Of a DNA stretch of 64,000 nt, positions 16,613 through 27,901 are shown piece by piece; position 1 is the stretch's first letter; every line of letters starts with the position of its first letter. The notes below the pieces were generated by a model that saw nothing but the letters and a program-made list of their open reading frames with translations, was not told where the DNA came from and made no database searches. Origin of the DNA: a phage. Both the position numbers and the translations under genes were made by a program. The stretch lies in the sequence record PZ151149.1. One strand, given 5' to 3'.

Positions 16613-17074
16613 ACCTTTAAAACCGAACACCTTTTTTAATGTGTGTTCGGTTATGATTTTAAATTCCATATTATGTTTTTTACACAATGCTACTGCCGCT
16701 GCCCACTTTTCGGTATTTTTCGTCCACGTCCAAGCCTCCATCATATAACGCTGCTTTGTTTTAGTCGTTAATCGCTTTGGCTTTTCTGGTGGTCTAGTCT
16801 CTTTGGCTGGCTTAATTTCCCATAAATGCTCTTTTCCATCATCAAACTTAACATAAACATCAACAAAATATCTGTGACGCTTACCGTCTGTTGATGAATT
16901 GTAAGGAATTACAACGGTCTCAGATCCCCATTTAACCACATGAGGATTACGGTCACACCATTTAAAAACATGCAATTCCCAGCTTGAACGGTATGTGATT
17001 TTCCGTATATCCCCTTTATACTTTTCCTTATTCTCAGGAACATACTTGCCCTTATAAGTGTTAGATCCTCCCAT
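16601..17074 (-). CDS. 4: head completion protein gp4
   Basis: Size (157 aa) and divergent position next to gene 53 as in T4. Confidence 0.75.
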   Translation of the reverse strand: MGGSNTYKGKYVPENKEKYKGDIRKITYRSSWELHVFKWCDRNPHVVKWGSETVVIPYNSSTDGKRHRYFVDVYVKFDDGKEHLWEIKPAKETRPPEKPKRLTTKTKQRYMMEAWTWTKNTEKWAAAVALCKKHNMEFKIITEHTLKKVFGFKGLNK

Positions 17075-17089
17075 TTTAGCACCCTTTAT

Positions 17090-17097
17090 TATAAATA
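17090..17097 (+). promoter_or_regulatory. T4-type late promoter TATAAATA upstream of gene 53
   Basis: Exact TATAAATA 33 nt before ATG. Confidence 0.6.
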
Positions 17098-17129
17098 CAT
17101 AATACTATTTATCAATTGAGGGTGCTAAA

Positions 17130-17684
17130 ATGCTCTTTTCTTTCTTCCCTGCCATTGAATACAACGGCAAGATGATTACTGACATTGTGCGCAATTACCG
17201 CGCATATTTCAATGCAATAATTTCTGATTATAACATACAAACATATTACATTCAAGGTAGTCCACGACCGGAACAGGTTGCATATGAAGTATACGGAAAC
17301 CAGCAACTTTATTGGATCTTGCTGATGCTTAATGACGTATACGATCCGTTTCATGACTGGATCACCGATCAAGAGACAGCATACGAATCAGCCGAACAAC
17401 GATATGCAAACGTAGGAGGAAATCAAGTATTATACCACGTTGATATTGACGGAAACAAGTATTGGAATCTTACCGAATATCCGAAAGGATCAAGCAATTG
17501 GTATGATAAAGGGGATATTCATCATCGTCATTTGCAGTTTCATGGTGCACTGTCGGCGGTAGACACACTGGAAGATGCGATCCTCCGCAACGAGGAACGA
17601 CGCAAGATCAAGATCATAGATCCTACACAAATTAAACAATTTATTAACGCATTCATTCGAGAAATGGAAAAGGCTGATGTGTAA
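17130..17684 (+). CDS. 53: baseplate wedge protein gp53
   Basis: Synteny and size (184 aa vs 196 in T4). Confidence 0.8.
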   Translation: MLFSFFPAIEYNGKMITDIVRNYRAYFNAIISDYNIQTYYIQGSPRPEQVAYEVYGNQQLYWILLMLNDVYDPFHDWITDQETAYESAEQRYANVGGNQVLYHVDIDGNKYWNLTEYPKGSSNWYDKGDIHHRHLQFHGALSAVDTLEDAILRNEERRKIKIIDPTQIKQFINAFIREMEKADV

Positions 17685-17695
17685 GGTGATTAATT

Positions 17696-19495
17696 ATGCT
17701 AATGTTTAATAACTCCGTTAAATGGTTTACCGGAATTGTAGAAAACAGGGAAGATCCATTAATGCTGGGGCGCGTTCAGGTTAGGATTCATGGTATACAT
17801 CCTTCGCTATCCGCACACGGTGACATTCAAGGTCTCCCAACCGAAGATCTATTATGGATTACGCCAGTACAAGACATTACAAGCGCGGCGATCTCCGGTA
17901 TAGGTCAAAGTCCTACTGGTATTGTTGAAGGTTCAATGGTATTTGGATTGGCTTTAGATGAACGTTATTTAAACTGCGTTATTCTGGGTACTATTGCCGG
18001 ACAATATACAGAGAAACCACTCACTACAGAAGGTTTTTGTGACCCTTCGGGTGCATATCCTCGTTATATTGGTAATGATGTTAATATTCTTGCCCGTGGC
18101 GGTATTAACCCAGAAACCGGACAAACAACAAAACCTGATAGTGTCTATATTCGAGATGAAAACACTGGAGTTGCAGTAAATCCAGACGACGAGCCATTAG
18201 ATCAAATTCCGGTTGATGATAATCCTGATTTTACAATAGAAAAAATGCTTCGTGGCGATGAGGGATATCGTGAGAAATGGTATCTTGATTCAGAAGGATA
18301 TCCGACAATAGGCATCGGGCATTTGATCATTTATAAGAAAACCAGTGATCTGGGTATTATCAATAATGAACTTTCTAAGCTGGTAGGGCGTGAAGTTACA
18401 AACGGAAGACTTACCGCCGAAGAAGTTAGTAAAGTATTTGCCGACGATATAGAAAAGACCCGTCGTGATATGCGCAAACATCCACGAATTGCACCTGTCT
18501 ATAATAAATGTAATGCTTCTCGTCGTATGGCATTAGAAAATATGGCGTTTCAAATGGGCGTTGGTGGATTGGGTAAATTTAAGAATAGCCTTGCTGCAAT
18601 GCTAGCAGAAGAATGGAAACAAGCCTATGATGGATTACGTCAATCGGTATGGGCTAACCAAACTCCAGGACGCGCCAACCGTGTTTCTAAAATTATTCTT
18701 ACTGGTAACTTAGAATCATATGGCGTAATTGCTCCTAAGAAAGAGGAATCAATTTCTGATGATCCGAGAGCACGTTTGAGAAAAACCCGTATTGCTGCAT
18801 ATAAGACGCAGAGAGCAGAAGAAGACCCAGAAGCACCGTTTACCCCACAAGATACACGAATCATGTTTAAAGAGCCTAAGAGTTCGTATTCTGCAAGGTA
18901 TCCATATAACCATGTGTACGAGTCAGAGAGCGGTCATATTATCGAGATTGATGATACTCCTTCTCATGAGCGATATCATCGTAAACATCCTTCTGGTACA
19001 TTTGAAGAAACCAGACCGGACGGAACGAGGGTAGAAAAGATTGAAGGTGATGATTATCTGATCGTTAAACAAGGCCGGAAAGTAAACGTTAAGGGTAATT
19101 TGCAAGTTGTTGTTGAAGGTGACGCGCAAGTTTATTATATGGGTAATGTGATGCAAACCGTTGATGGTAACGTCACGGAATTTATTCGTGGTAATGTTAA
19201 TCAGACCGTTGAGGGTACAGCTAATATGCATGTTGTAGGTGATGTTACCGCTCAGCTTGACGCTAATTTAACGGCTAATGTCAAGGGTAATGCTGAATTA
19301 ATGATCGAGGGTAACACTACCGAAACAATTAAAGGTAACTATGATTTAACCGTTGAGGGTAATTTTAATATGACCGTCAATGGCACTAAATCAGATCAGG
19401 TTAATGGTGACTGGTCCCGTAATTGTGGTGCAAGCGTTAAAGATATTGCATCGGGTACAGTTAAAATTGATGGTAGCCGTATTGATCTTGGGTGA
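17696..19495 (+). CDS. 5: baseplate hub / tail lysozyme gp5
   Basis: Lysozyme core YLDSEGYPTIGIGHLI; C-terminal V.G repeats of a beta-helix; size 599 aa. Confidence 0.9.
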   Translation: MLMFNNSVKWFTGIVENREDPLMLGRVQVRIHGIHPSLSAHGDIQGLPTEDLLWITPVQDITSAAISGIGQSPTGIVEGSMVFGLALDERYLNCVILGTIAGQYTEKPLTTEGFCDPSGAYPRYIGNDVNILARGGINPETGQTTKPDSVYIRDENTGVAVNPDDEPLDQIPVDDNPDFTIEKMLRGDEGYREKWYLDSEGYPTIGIGHLIIYKKTSDLGIINNELSKLVGREVTNGRLTAEEVSKVFADDIEKTRRDMRKHPRIAPVYNKCNASRRMALENMAFQMGVGGLGKFKNSLAAMLAEEWKQAYDGLRQSVWANQTPGRANRVSKIILTGNLESYGVIAPKKEESISDDPRARLRKTRIAAYKTQRAEEDPEAPFTPQDTRIMFKEPKSSYSARYPYNHVYESESGHIIEIDDTPSHERYHRKHPSGTFEETRPDGTRVEKIEGDDYLIVKQGRKVNVKGNLQVVVEGDAQVYYMGNVMQTVDGNVTEFIRGNVNQTVEGTANMHVVGDVTAQLDANLTANVKGNAELMIEGNTTETIKGNYDLTVEGNFNMTVNGTKSDQVNGDWSRNCGASVKDIASGTVKIDGSRIDLG

Positions 19496-19500
19496 GGTAA

Positions 19501-20070
19501 TTGATGGTTGAAATTCTTCCTATGAGTTCAAAATTGGAGGATATCAGCGAGCGAGAAATCTTTGAGGTGGTGTTCTCTTATAAAGCAACGCCACCGGATG
19601 CAAATACCACATACACGATTAAAGAGTTTAAGATCAGCGAGTATCGCCCTAATAAGGGCGTTACCGTTGAAGAAACTAAAATATCTGGTGAGTATCGGGA
19701 TAGTTTTTCGCTTGGCGCGGATTCTCTTAAATATATAACGAAAGATAGAATTAAAAAATCTGCCGGAAGTTTTGACGATTTACCAGATCCAACTACAGCA
19801 GATCTATATTATTTTAACGCTCCTACACGTCTACAGGAGGTTTATACTTATAAAGTAACCCTAACCTATATCCAATCTGTTTCAGAGTCTTCTGGCGGTT
19901 CTGGTGAAGGAAATAGTGGTGGTTCCAATAGCCGAGAGGGTGCTGGTGAAACTAATACTCCTCCGGTAGTAACCGAGCACACAATAGAGAAAGTTTATAC
20001 TCAAACCGTTTTTGGAAATTGGGATGTGTGGGCGCAACAACTAAGAGATTATGTACATAGGGGTGTTTAA
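19501..20070 (+). CDS. 5.1: gp5.1-like protein
   Basis: Position between 5 and 5.4. Confidence 0.6.
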   Translation: MMVEILPMSSKLEDISEREIFEVVFSYKATPPDANTTYTIKEFKISEYRPNKGVTVEETKISGEYRDSFSLGADSLKYITKDRIKKSAGSFDDLPDPTTADLYYFNAPTRLQEVYTYKVTLTYIQSVSESSGGSGEGNSGGSNSREGAGETNTPPVVTEHTIEKVYTQTVFGNWDVWAQQLRDYVHRGV

Positions 20071-20363
20071 TGGCTGGATTATCCTACGATAAAGCTAAAA
20101 CTACAGGGCATGGTAATTACGGTCCTACGGTAATTAATGCAACTCAATCTAAGGTATTTGTTGAGGGTATCCCTGTATTAGTCGAAGGAGACCCAATTAC
20201 ACCACACACAAAAACAACAAAGCCTTATGATACACACGGGGGAACTACGGTCGCCAGTACCCCGAAAGTATTTGTTACCGGAAAGAAAGCAATTCAAATG
20301 GCAGATCGTATTAGCTGTGGCGATACCGTCGCTATGGCATCACCGAAGGTATTCATAAAATGA
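20070..20363 (+). CDS. 5.4: PAAR-repeat spike tip protein gp5.4
   Basis: 97 aa exactly as T4 gp5.4; Gly/Pro/His-rich PAAR-like sequence. Confidence 0.8.
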   Translation: MAGLSYDKAKTTGHGNYGPTVINATQSKVFVEGIPVLVEGDPITPHTKTTKPYDTHGGTTVASTPKVFVTGKKAIQMADRISCGDTVAMASPKVFIK

Positions 20364-22264
20364 CAAAGCAAAAGATTACACAAATTCCTGATATTTTTAA
20401 TGCTGCTACATTCGATGAAATTAAAAGCGCATTAACAGACTGGATGAGAAACCAGGAAGAATTTAAAGATTTTGATTTTAATGGTGCTGGTATTAACGTA
20501 TTGATGGACTTGCTCGCATATAACACTCTGTATATTCAGCAATTCGCTAACGCCGCGCTATATGAATCTTTTATCAGAACGGCAATTAAGCGTAGTTCAG
20601 TTGTTCAAGCCGCGCAAGATTTAGGATATTTGCCAGCGAGTAAAACTAGTGCATCAACTACTATTATGTTGCACGTATCACATCCACGAAATCCGGCAAG
20701 TATTCGAATCCCACGAGGAACTAAATTTATTGCAAGTGTGGATCGCCAGACGTCTTACCCGTTTGTGACTACAGAAGACGTCGTGAGTGTTTTAGGTTCA
20801 AATGGTTTATATACGCCTATGCTTAAAGTCGCACAAGGTCGTATTGTTCGTACAGAAATGTTATTTGATCCGAAGAAACAAATTCTGATCCGCGATCCTG
20901 ATATTGACCGCGCTCAGGTTAAGTTGTGGGTAGACGGTGCTGAATGGAAAGACTGGACACGAGAAAGTATTGTTAATGCAACTGGTGCAAGCAATATTTT
21001 CTATATGCGTGAAACCGTAGACGGTCATACAGAAATCTTCTTTGGTGAAGGTGAATCAACTTTATCTGCTGCTGGCGGTGCACTGGAAGCAAATTATATT
21101 GGTGGACTTAAGCCGTCAACTGGTGCTAATATTGTTATCGAATATATCAGCACTAAAGGCGCGGAAGCAAACGGTTCAGTTAATTTCACATACGCGGATA
21201 CCCTTGCATCTATCTCTATTGTTACAATTATTGAGAATCCGACAAATGACCGTGATTATGTCGGTGCAGATGGTGGCGGTGATCCTGAATCAATCGAACG
21301 TATCCGTGAACTTGCTCCGGTAATGCGTGAATCTCAGCGTCGTTGTGTTACTGCTTCCGACTATGAGGCTTTTGTGTCTAGCCGTTTTGGTAGTATTGTT
21401 CAGGCGGTACAATGTTTCACCGACCGAGAAAAACCGGGTTATGCTTTTGTTGCTGTTAAGCCGAAATCTGGCTTGCGCTTGACAACTGTTCAAAAAGAAG
21501 ATATGCGTGATTATCTGGCAAAATATAACCTTGCCCCTATCACACCGAGCATCATTGACCCCAGCTATCTGTATATTAAACAGAATATTAAAGTTTCCTA
21601 TTCGATCAATGACTTATCAGAATCAGAGCAGTGGTTGCGCGGTGCGGTTATTGATCAGATTGACGCATATTATACCGACGAAGTGGAAATTTTTAACCAG
21701 ACCTTTAGTAAGTCTAAAATGCTTGCGCGTATTGACAAAGCTGATGTATCGGTGATAGGTTCTAGTGCAGAGATCGAGATGGTGCGAGAGATCGACAACT
21801 TCTATAAAGCGCCTATGGCTGGAATCAAGTTTTTAAACCAGTATAAGAGCGGAATCAAGTCTAGTTCATTCAACTTCGAAAAGGACGACAAGCAATATCC
21901 GATCCATTATGTAAGTACAGAAATGAACAAAGAATCCGGTTTAGCTAAATTGCTGGTTGGACCTTTCCCTGTTGGTTCTGTAATCGCTTTACCGCACTAT
22001 TCCGGCACTGATTTTGATAAAGAGGTTATCGACGGTGCGGACCTATACTTTGAGGTTGGAGAGGTTCAGCATTATGAAGACCTTATTTCATGGGATCTGG
22101 GTAAACTGAATATCAATAGCGATCGCTTTACTGGTTCATATATTGAGTTGACAGCTAAACCGATTGCTGATAACATCTTTACTAAAGACGGTTCTTTGAT
22201 CGTGTTTGAAAACGATCTCCGTCCTCAGTACACAACTATTAGTCTGGAGGCAATTGCTCAATGA
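20360..22264 (+). CDS. 6: baseplate wedge protein gp6
   Basis: Synteny, size 634 aa. Confidence 0.85.
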   Translation: MTKQKITQIPDIFNAATFDEIKSALTDWMRNQEEFKDFDFNGAGINVLMDLLAYNTLYIQQFANAALYESFIRTAIKRSSVVQAAQDLGYLPASKTSASTTIMLHVSHPRNPASIRIPRGTKFIASVDRQTSYPFVTTEDVVSVLGSNGLYTPMLKVAQGRIVRTEMLFDPKKQILIRDPDIDRAQVKLWVDGAEWKDWTRESIVNATGASNIFYMRETVDGHTEIFFGEGESTLSAAGGALEANYIGGLKPSTGANIVIEYISTKGAEANGSVNFTYADTLASISIVTIIENPTNDRDYVGADGGGDPESIERIRELAPVMRESQRRCVTASDYEAFVSSRFGSIVQAVQCFTDREKPGYAFVAVKPKSGLRLTTVQKEDMRDYLAKYNLAPITPSIIDPSYLYIKQNIKVSYSINDLSESEQWLRGAVIDQIDAYYTDEVEIFNQTFSKSKMLARIDKADVSVIGSSAEIEMVREIDNFYKAPMAGIKFLNQYKSGIKSSSFNFEKDDKQYPIHYVSTEMNKESGLAKLLVGPFPVGSVIALPHYSGTDFDKEVIDGADLYFEVGEVQHYEDLISWDLGKLNINSDRFTGSYIELTAKPIADNIFTKDGSLIVFENDLRPQYTTISLEAIAQ

Positions 22265-25200
22265 TTAAAGCGCCTAGTGTAACTAGCTTGACAATAGAAA
22301 AATTGTCTGCTAATCAGGCGTATATCACATGGGATGACGTAGGTGAAAACTTCTTTTATTTTGTGGAGTTAGCCGAAACCAGAACACGAGACGGGGAGAT
22401 CATCCCCGTCGATGAGTTAAGCTGGGTAAACCTGGGATATACTGCCGAACAAAACTGGTTTGAGGATAAAAACCTTTTTCCAGAATATTATTACAAGTTT
22501 CGTGTAGCAGTAGCCGCAGAAGGATTTGAACAAAGTAAATGGGTTGAGACAGAAGAGTTTCAGACATTTAAAACAAACGCATATAATTTTTCTATGATGC
22601 GAGAGTTCAACCTTGCAAACGAGTTTATAAAGGAAAAATTTACATACGATAATCGAGAGTATGTCAAGTTTAATACCGACCTTATTCAAGCATCATTGAT
22701 GAAGGAAGATTTTGTCTTTAGTCCTGAATATGCAAACATGACAAATATCTCAAACTACATTGTAGTTGATGAGAACTTTCATGAAATACAGGACCACATA
22801 GAAAAAGTTTGTACCGATATAAACCGCACCATGTTAGCGGAAATGAACGGTGTTTTGTACCTTTTCGAAAGGTTTCAGCCGATCGTGAAAGTATCAAACG
22901 ATAAAGGTCAATCATGGAAAGCATACAAGGCTTTTAATGACCGTGTAGGCAATCCGGTTTCCAGTACATGCGTTTATCAGTCTAAGACTACTACTTACGT
23001 TTTAGGTTATGACCGAATCTTTTACGGACGACAAGCGAGCGATACCCGATGGAGTGCGGACGATGTTCGATTTAGTGATGATACGATCACTTTTGCAAAG
23101 GTTGGTGACGAAAACGACTTAGGGTTTGATGTTGAGGTCTTTGGTGTATTTTCCAGATTAACAGGTGATACCACAAAATACGCCGAAGCTATGGCGTGTA
23201 GTGACGATTATTTGTGGGTTGGTGCTAAAGATGTTATTCGCCGGATTCGTCTTAAGAATACTCCTGTTGATACCGTACAGGGTTCGCCTACGTTTGGAGA
23301 AAAAATATTCGATCCTGATGTTATCCGAGTAACAGGAAATGATAAAGCTGTCATTCAGAAAATGGATGTGATCGACGGTAAATTGCTTGTATTTGTTACT
23401 GGTGAAGTTAAACAGCGTTATCAAGATCCAACTAAACCAGAAAACGTTGTTCCGTCAGATGATGCGGGTGTATACTTAATCGAGAGTGATGGTCTGTCTT
23501 TTCAGAGAGTATTTGGCAACACTCCGCAGGAAAGGGAATATATTCAGCATGGGTTCAGTAATATGTCAACCAATGGTGATGAGGTGTTCATAAGCCATTA
23601 TAATCATCACTTCGAAAGCATTTTACCTGATCCAGAAACTGCCGCGAAATATGAATTAAGCGAAGCTGTAAAATATTCTCAGGAGCCAACTTATCTAACT
23701 GATAAGAAAATACATCAAACTACTTTCAGGGCAAGTTATGATGATTTGCGTATCTGGGAGTTAGGACCGCAAGCGTATTATAATGAGGCCGATTATACAT
23801 GGATGCGTCGAAACGGTGTCCGTGTGTGGATCACAAATGATAATCGCCCGTTGGTTGTTTATCCAGAGGTTATCTATACTCAAGAAGTTGATACGTCTGG
23901 CATTCTTGACCAAAATAGGGTTAACCGAGAAGTTTATGATAAAGGGACCGTGACCTGTTATCTGAACAATGTTAAATTTGAAGGATTCAAACAATATGCA
24001 TCCGGCGTAATGTTCCATAAAAACACGGGAGAGATCATAGGATTCTATCAATTTAATTACCGTGTTCGTGATCAAGTTGGTGTATATTGGAAGCCAACAA
24101 ATGTAGCATTTGTTGCAGAACTGCAAAATCAGGTTCGGGAGGTTCCCTGGGTTCCGGTTCACTACGATCAAGAGCAAGTTCCAGATTTACGGCCTTTATT
24201 GAATAAAATGACGCCGGACAGCTTTTTGCTTGAAAATGAAAATTTCAGAAAATTCTCTGAATATTATCTGCAATTCTTAAGTGATGGTTCAGGAACATAT
24301 TATAATAAACTAAAAAATCTGATTAAAAACAAATACCCACGCGAGCAAGATGCATATGAGTATCTTTGGTCAGAGATGAACAAACGAAACATCTATGCAG
24401 ATAAAAACAAGCGAGATGCGGTAGTAAGATTCTTTGAATCCCGCAAATCAGATTTTTATTCCACTAAGGGCGTGGAGGCTTCTTATAAGTTCTTGTTTAA
24501 GTTACTTTATAATGAAGATGTGGAAATTGAGGTTGAATCACAAGCCGGACTAGAGTATGATATTGTTGTTAGTTCAACGAACATTGACGAGGATATCGTA
24601 GGTCGCACTATTTATACTCCAACCGGACGGGCTAACGTGACGTATCTTGAAAGGGAATATGAAGGTGGTCGCCTACGCTGGCGAGTAACCATTCATAACC
24701 TGATCGGGCGGTTTGAAGAAGGTCAAGTGATCAAATCAGAGAAAACAGCGTTTGAGGGGATGATCCTTGTTGGTGTACGTGGTAAAGAGTTGTTGAGTAG
24801 TTCAATCGACTATATCAACCGCTCACGAAGCCAATACACCATGAAGATTAAAAGTGCATTGCCAGTTTCTCGCTATGCAAATGATGTAATGCGATTCGTT
24901 CATCCTGTCGGCTTTGGGTTTATCGGTGTTACCCTGCTTACGATGTTCATTAACAGCGGGTTAAGCATGAAACACACAGAGACGATAATTCAATCTCTAA
25001 AAAATTATAAGTTTGACAGCGGATTGCCTAGCGTGTATCCTGATCGGGTGGCAGACCTTGACGTTGACGGAAACATTAAGAAAGACCCGCTTACCGGAAA
25101 AGCATTATATTTGACTTCACCTTTAATTGGTGAAGAATTTCCGGTTCCCCCTGAATATGATCAGGAGAACAGCGAATTGTTCCACGGACTTAAAGCAAGC

Positions 25201-25347
25201 GAACGAAGATTTGCAATGAGTCCACTGTTTGACCAGTCGGCGGTAACATTCTCTATGTTCCGTGAACTTGTAGATAAACGGTTGAAGGATAATATAGGGA
25301 ATCCACGCGATCCGAAGAATCCGACACAGAGGAAAATTAATGGCTAA
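22261..25347 (+). CDS. 7: baseplate wedge protein gp7
   Basis: Synteny, size 1028 aa (T4 1032). Confidence 0.85.
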   Translation: MIKAPSVTSLTIEKLSANQAYITWDDVGENFFYFVELAETRTRDGEIIPVDELSWVNLGYTAEQNWFEDKNLFPEYYYKFRVAVAAEGFEQSKWVETEEFQTFKTNAYNFSMMREFNLANEFIKEKFTYDNREYVKFNTDLIQASLMKEDFVFSPEYANMTNISNYIVVDENFHEIQDHIEKVCTDINRTMLAEMNGVLYLFERFQPIVKVSNDKGQSWKAYKAFNDRVGNPVSSTCVYQSKTTTYVLGYDRIFYGRQASDTRWSADDVRFSDDTITFAKVGDENDLGFDVEVFGVFSRLTGDTTKYAEAMACSDDYLWVGAKDVIRRIRLKNTPVDTVQGSPTFGEKIFDPDVIRVTGNDKAVIQKMDVIDGKLLVFVTGEVKQRYQDPTKPENVVPSDDAGVYLIESDGLSFQRVFGNTPQEREYIQHGFSNMSTNGDEVFISHYNHHFESILPDPETAAKYELSEAVKYSQEPTYLTDKKIHQTTFRASYDDLRIWELGPQAYYNEADYTWMRRNGVRVWITNDNRPLVVYPEVIYTQEVDTSGILDQNRVNREVYDKGTVTCYLNNVKFEGFKQYASGVMFHKNTGEIIGFYQFNYRVRDQVGVYWKPTNVAFVAELQNQVREVPWVPVHYDQEQVPDLRPLLNKMTPDSFLLENENFRKFSEYYLQFLSDGSGTYYNKLKNLIKNKYPREQDAYEYLWSEMNKRNIYADKNKRDAVVRFFESRKSDFYSTKGVEASYKFLFKLLYNEDVEIEVESQAGLEYDIVVSSTNIDEDIVGRTIYTPTGRANVTYLEREYEGGRLRWRVTIHNLIGRFEEGQVIKSEKTAFEGMILVGVRGKELLSSSIDYINRSRSQYTMKIKSALPVSRYANDVMRFVHPVGFGFIGVTLLTMFINSGLSMKHTETIIQSLKNYKFDSGLPSVYPDRVADLDVDGNIKKDPLTGKALYLTSPLIGEEFPVPPEYDQENSELFHGLKASERRFAMSPLFDQSAVTFSMFRELVDKRLKDNIGNPRDPKNPTQRKING

Positions 25348-26335
25348 TGAAAATAGTGTGATCTATCGCTCAATCATTACTAGTAAATTCAGAACGGAAA
25401 AACTTCTGAATTTCTATAATTCTGTAGGCGATGGAGCAAATCAAATTACAATTTATGGAACGTTTGGACGTTCGGAGCCGTGGTCAGAAAACGAAAAAGA
25501 GGTGGGCTTTGCCCCACCTTATCCGACCGATTCAACGGCTGGCGTTGTTGATATGTGGACCCATATGATGGGTGCGGTTAAGATTAACAAATCACTTCTT
25601 GATGCGGTCATCCCCCGTAAAGATTGGGGTGATACCGGACAGGATAACCCGCGCACGTTCTTTATCAATGACATTGTTGTTGTAAACTCAGCACCATATA
25701 ACCGTACAGATGTTGGTAGCGGCTGGATGGTGTATCGCGTAACCGATGTTCCTGATCGCGGTTACTGCTCGATTTCAAGCATTGATGCTAAAGTAGAGTG
25801 TTTGAAGTTGGGCGGAAAGTGGACCCCAACTCATGAATCAATTGCGCCACCTGTAGGAAAGGGCGATTCTATTGATATGGGTGATGGGTATCGTTGGGAA
25901 TATCTGTACACAATTCCACCTGATGCGGCGATCAACCGTTGCACCAATGAACATATTGTTGTACCGTTCCCCGATGAACTGCGACAAGATCCGGCGCGTT
26001 GGGGCTATGACAATGTGATCACCTGGTATAATGACTATAATCTGCTTTATCGGCTGAAAGTAGTAACTTTGCGTTTTCAGGCTTATATGGACTCTGCGCA
26101 ATTCCCAACTACCGCGTTAGTGGGTAATACTGGTTTCCGTCAGTTAAGCATTATCCTTAACCCATTGGAAAAGAAAGCACGCCCTAGCGATCCAGACGTT
26201 AAAGCGGTTAACGATAAGTACCGACCGCAAGACTTAGAGCCACACTCAGGAGAAATGATCTACATGGAAAACCGACAACCTATCGTTCGTTCACTGGATC
26301 AAACAGAACTTGTTTCTGTATTATTTGAGTTCTAA
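25340..26335 (+). CDS. 8: baseplate wedge protein gp8
   Basis: Synteny, size 331 aa (T4 334). Confidence 0.85.
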   Translation: MANENSVIYRSIITSKFRTEKLLNFYNSVGDGANQITIYGTFGRSEPWSENEKEVGFAPPYPTDSTAGVVDMWTHMMGAVKINKSLLDAVIPRKDWGDTGQDNPRTFFINDIVVVNSAPYNRTDVGSGWMVYRVTDVPDRGYCSISSIDAKVECLKLGGKWTPTHESIAPPVGKGDSIDMGDGYRWEYLYTIPPDAAINRCTNEHIVVPFPDELRQDPARWGYDNVITWYNDYNLLYRLKVVTLRFQAYMDSAQFPTTALVGNTGFRQLSIILNPLEKKARPSDPDVKAVNDKYRPQDLEPHSGEMIYMENRQPIVRSLDQTELVSVLFEF

Positions 26336-26348
26336 GTATATGATTTTA

Positions 26349-26376
26349 AAGCCAATTCGTGAGAATTGGCTTTTTC
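26349..26376 (+). terminator. rho-independent terminator after gene 8
   Basis: Hairpin AGCCAATTC-GTGA-GAATTGGCT then TTTTTC. Confidence 0.65.
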
Positions 26377-26387
26377 TATTTTGGGTG

Positions 26388-26415
26388 TTGACAATCTTGT
26401 CTGGTGAGGTATAAT
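26388..26415 (+). promoter_or_regulatory. sigma70-like promoter (TTGACA-N16-TATAAT) for the methyltransferase cassette
   Basis: Consensus hexamers just downstream of the gene 8 terminator. Confidence 0.55.
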
Positions 26416-26444
26416 GCTCACATCTAAACAACGGAGGATAAATT

Positions 26445-26702
26445 ATGGCACGTCGTAAATTTACAGATAATTGTGAAGCAATTCAGGTATCCCCTTGCGG
26501 TTGGGATGTGATTGCGAACGGTGAAAAGATCGGAGAGATCATCGATCATACTCATTCATCATTAGCTGATTACACCGATGAACTGTGGGAAGGTATCAAC
26601 TTCATGAATGACACTAAGCGATTCAAGACTATTGACGAAGCTATCTATTTTGTATACAATCCAACTTTCGGTATGTGGAGTGATAGAAAATGGCACGCGT
26701 AA
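26445..26702 (+). CDS. hypothetical protein (85 aa), first gene of inserted cassette
   Basis: ORF downstream of sigma70-like promoter. Confidence 0.5.
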   Translation: MARRKFTDNCEAIQVSPCGWDVIANGEKIGEIIDHTHSSLADYTDELWEGINFMNDTKRFKTIDEAIYFVYNPTFGMWSDRKWHA

Positions 26703-27022
26703 ATATTAAATTGCATTACACAATGAATAAAGCTAAGTTCCCAATGCAAAAGCATTACTATGGTCTACGTGCACAAGATCCTAAACTCTATGGTACTCAT
26801 TGGTTTTGTAAACATGATAACCAATGGCACACATACGAAGAAATGCACGAGATGATGAAACAGGGTATTGAATTTAGTTATTCTAATTATGACCATCGTA
26901 TAACTTGCATTCGAAAATTGAAACGATGGATTCGTAAGAATCCGCAATTTAAAAACTATGTGTTCTTTATGTCTCATACTTATCTGGGGCATAGCGTTAC
27001 CGTAACAGCAAAGGTTAAATAA
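26690..27022 (+). CDS. hypothetical protein (110 aa)
   Basis: ORF, His/Cys-containing; overlaps neighbours. Confidence 0.5.
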   Translation: MARVNIKLHYTMNKAKFPMQKHYYGLRAQDPKLYGTHWFCKHDNQWHTYEEMHEMMKQGIEFSYSNYDHRITCIRKLKRWIRKNPQFKNYVFFMSHTYLGHSVTVTAKVK

Positions 27023-27861
27023 TGGCACGACTTTCTAAACAAGAACAAAAATTACACGACCGAGCAATGGAGTTGATTAATTCAGATCGTCCATTGACAT
27101 TTGAAGAAAAAGAATTTTGCTATAATAACTATCATGGCGATGGGCTAGGTGGTTCCGGTGCATTCTTTACCCCAGAATGGCTTGCCTGGGATTTTACCAT
27201 TGACGCACACTGCACAGGAAAAGTATTGGACCTTTGTGCTGGGATCGGTCGTTTATCTTTTTGTATGTTGCATCGTTGTAAGCCAGAAAAGATCGTATGC
27301 GTCGAACTCAATCCAGAATTTGCGCGGATTGGCAAGCGACTATTACCGGAGGCAGAATGGATCACCAGCGATGTATTCGAATTTGAGTCAAACGAGAAAT
27401 TCGATGTTGTAATTAGCAATCCACCTTTCGGGAAAATCAATACTACCAACACAAAGGATGTATTTGAATATACTGGCGGTGAGTTTGAATTTAAGGTTAT
27501 GACGTTAGGCCAGAAGTTTGCCGATGTAGGTTACTTTATTGTTCCTTCTAGTTCCGCTGGTTTTGCCTATTCCGGCAGACCTTATTATGATGAATCAGTG
27601 AAGTCTAATAAATATCTAAAATGGAGCAAACAAACTGGTTTGGTGACTTATGCCGGATGTGGGATCGATACATCAGTCTATCGCGATGAATGGCATAATA
27701 CCAACGTTTTAACAGAAGTGGTTGAGGTTCGGTATTACGAGAAAGAAGCCGTAGAAGCGCCTAAATCGCGTCCTAACGAACAAATAGAAGAAAGTAAGGA
27801 GATTACCTTACCGAAACAGGAAAGCGAGTCTGGGACGCTCTCAGATTTGTTTGACATTTAA
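27022..27861 (+). CDS. SAM-dependent methyltransferase, probable N6-adenine DNA methyltransferase (gamma-class motif order)
   Basis: Motif X-like FFTPEW, motif I VLDLCAGIGRLS, motif IV VISNPPFGK in that order. Confidence 0.65.
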   Translation: MARLSKQEQKLHDRAMELINSDRPLTFEEKEFCYNNYHGDGLGGSGAFFTPEWLAWDFTIDAHCTGKVLDLCAGIGRLSFCMLHRCKPEKIVCVELNPEFARIGKRLLPEAEWITSDVFEFESNEKFDVVISNPPFGKINTTNTKDVFEYTGGEFEFKVMTLGQKFADVGYFIVPSSSAGFAYSGRPYYDESVKSNKYLKWSKQTGLVTYAGCGIDTSVYRDEWHNTNVLTEVVEVRYYEKEAVEAPKSRPNEQIEESKEITLPKQESESGTLSDLFDI

Positions 27862-27865
27862 TTAT

Positions 27866-27893
27866 AAGCCGTCCTTGTGGGCGGCTTTTTTGT
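27866..27893 (+). terminator. rho-independent terminator after the methyltransferase gene
   Basis: Hairpin AGCCGTCC-TTGT-GGGCGGCT then TTTTTTGT. Confidence 0.65.
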
Positions 27894-27901
27894 ATGTATT
27901 T

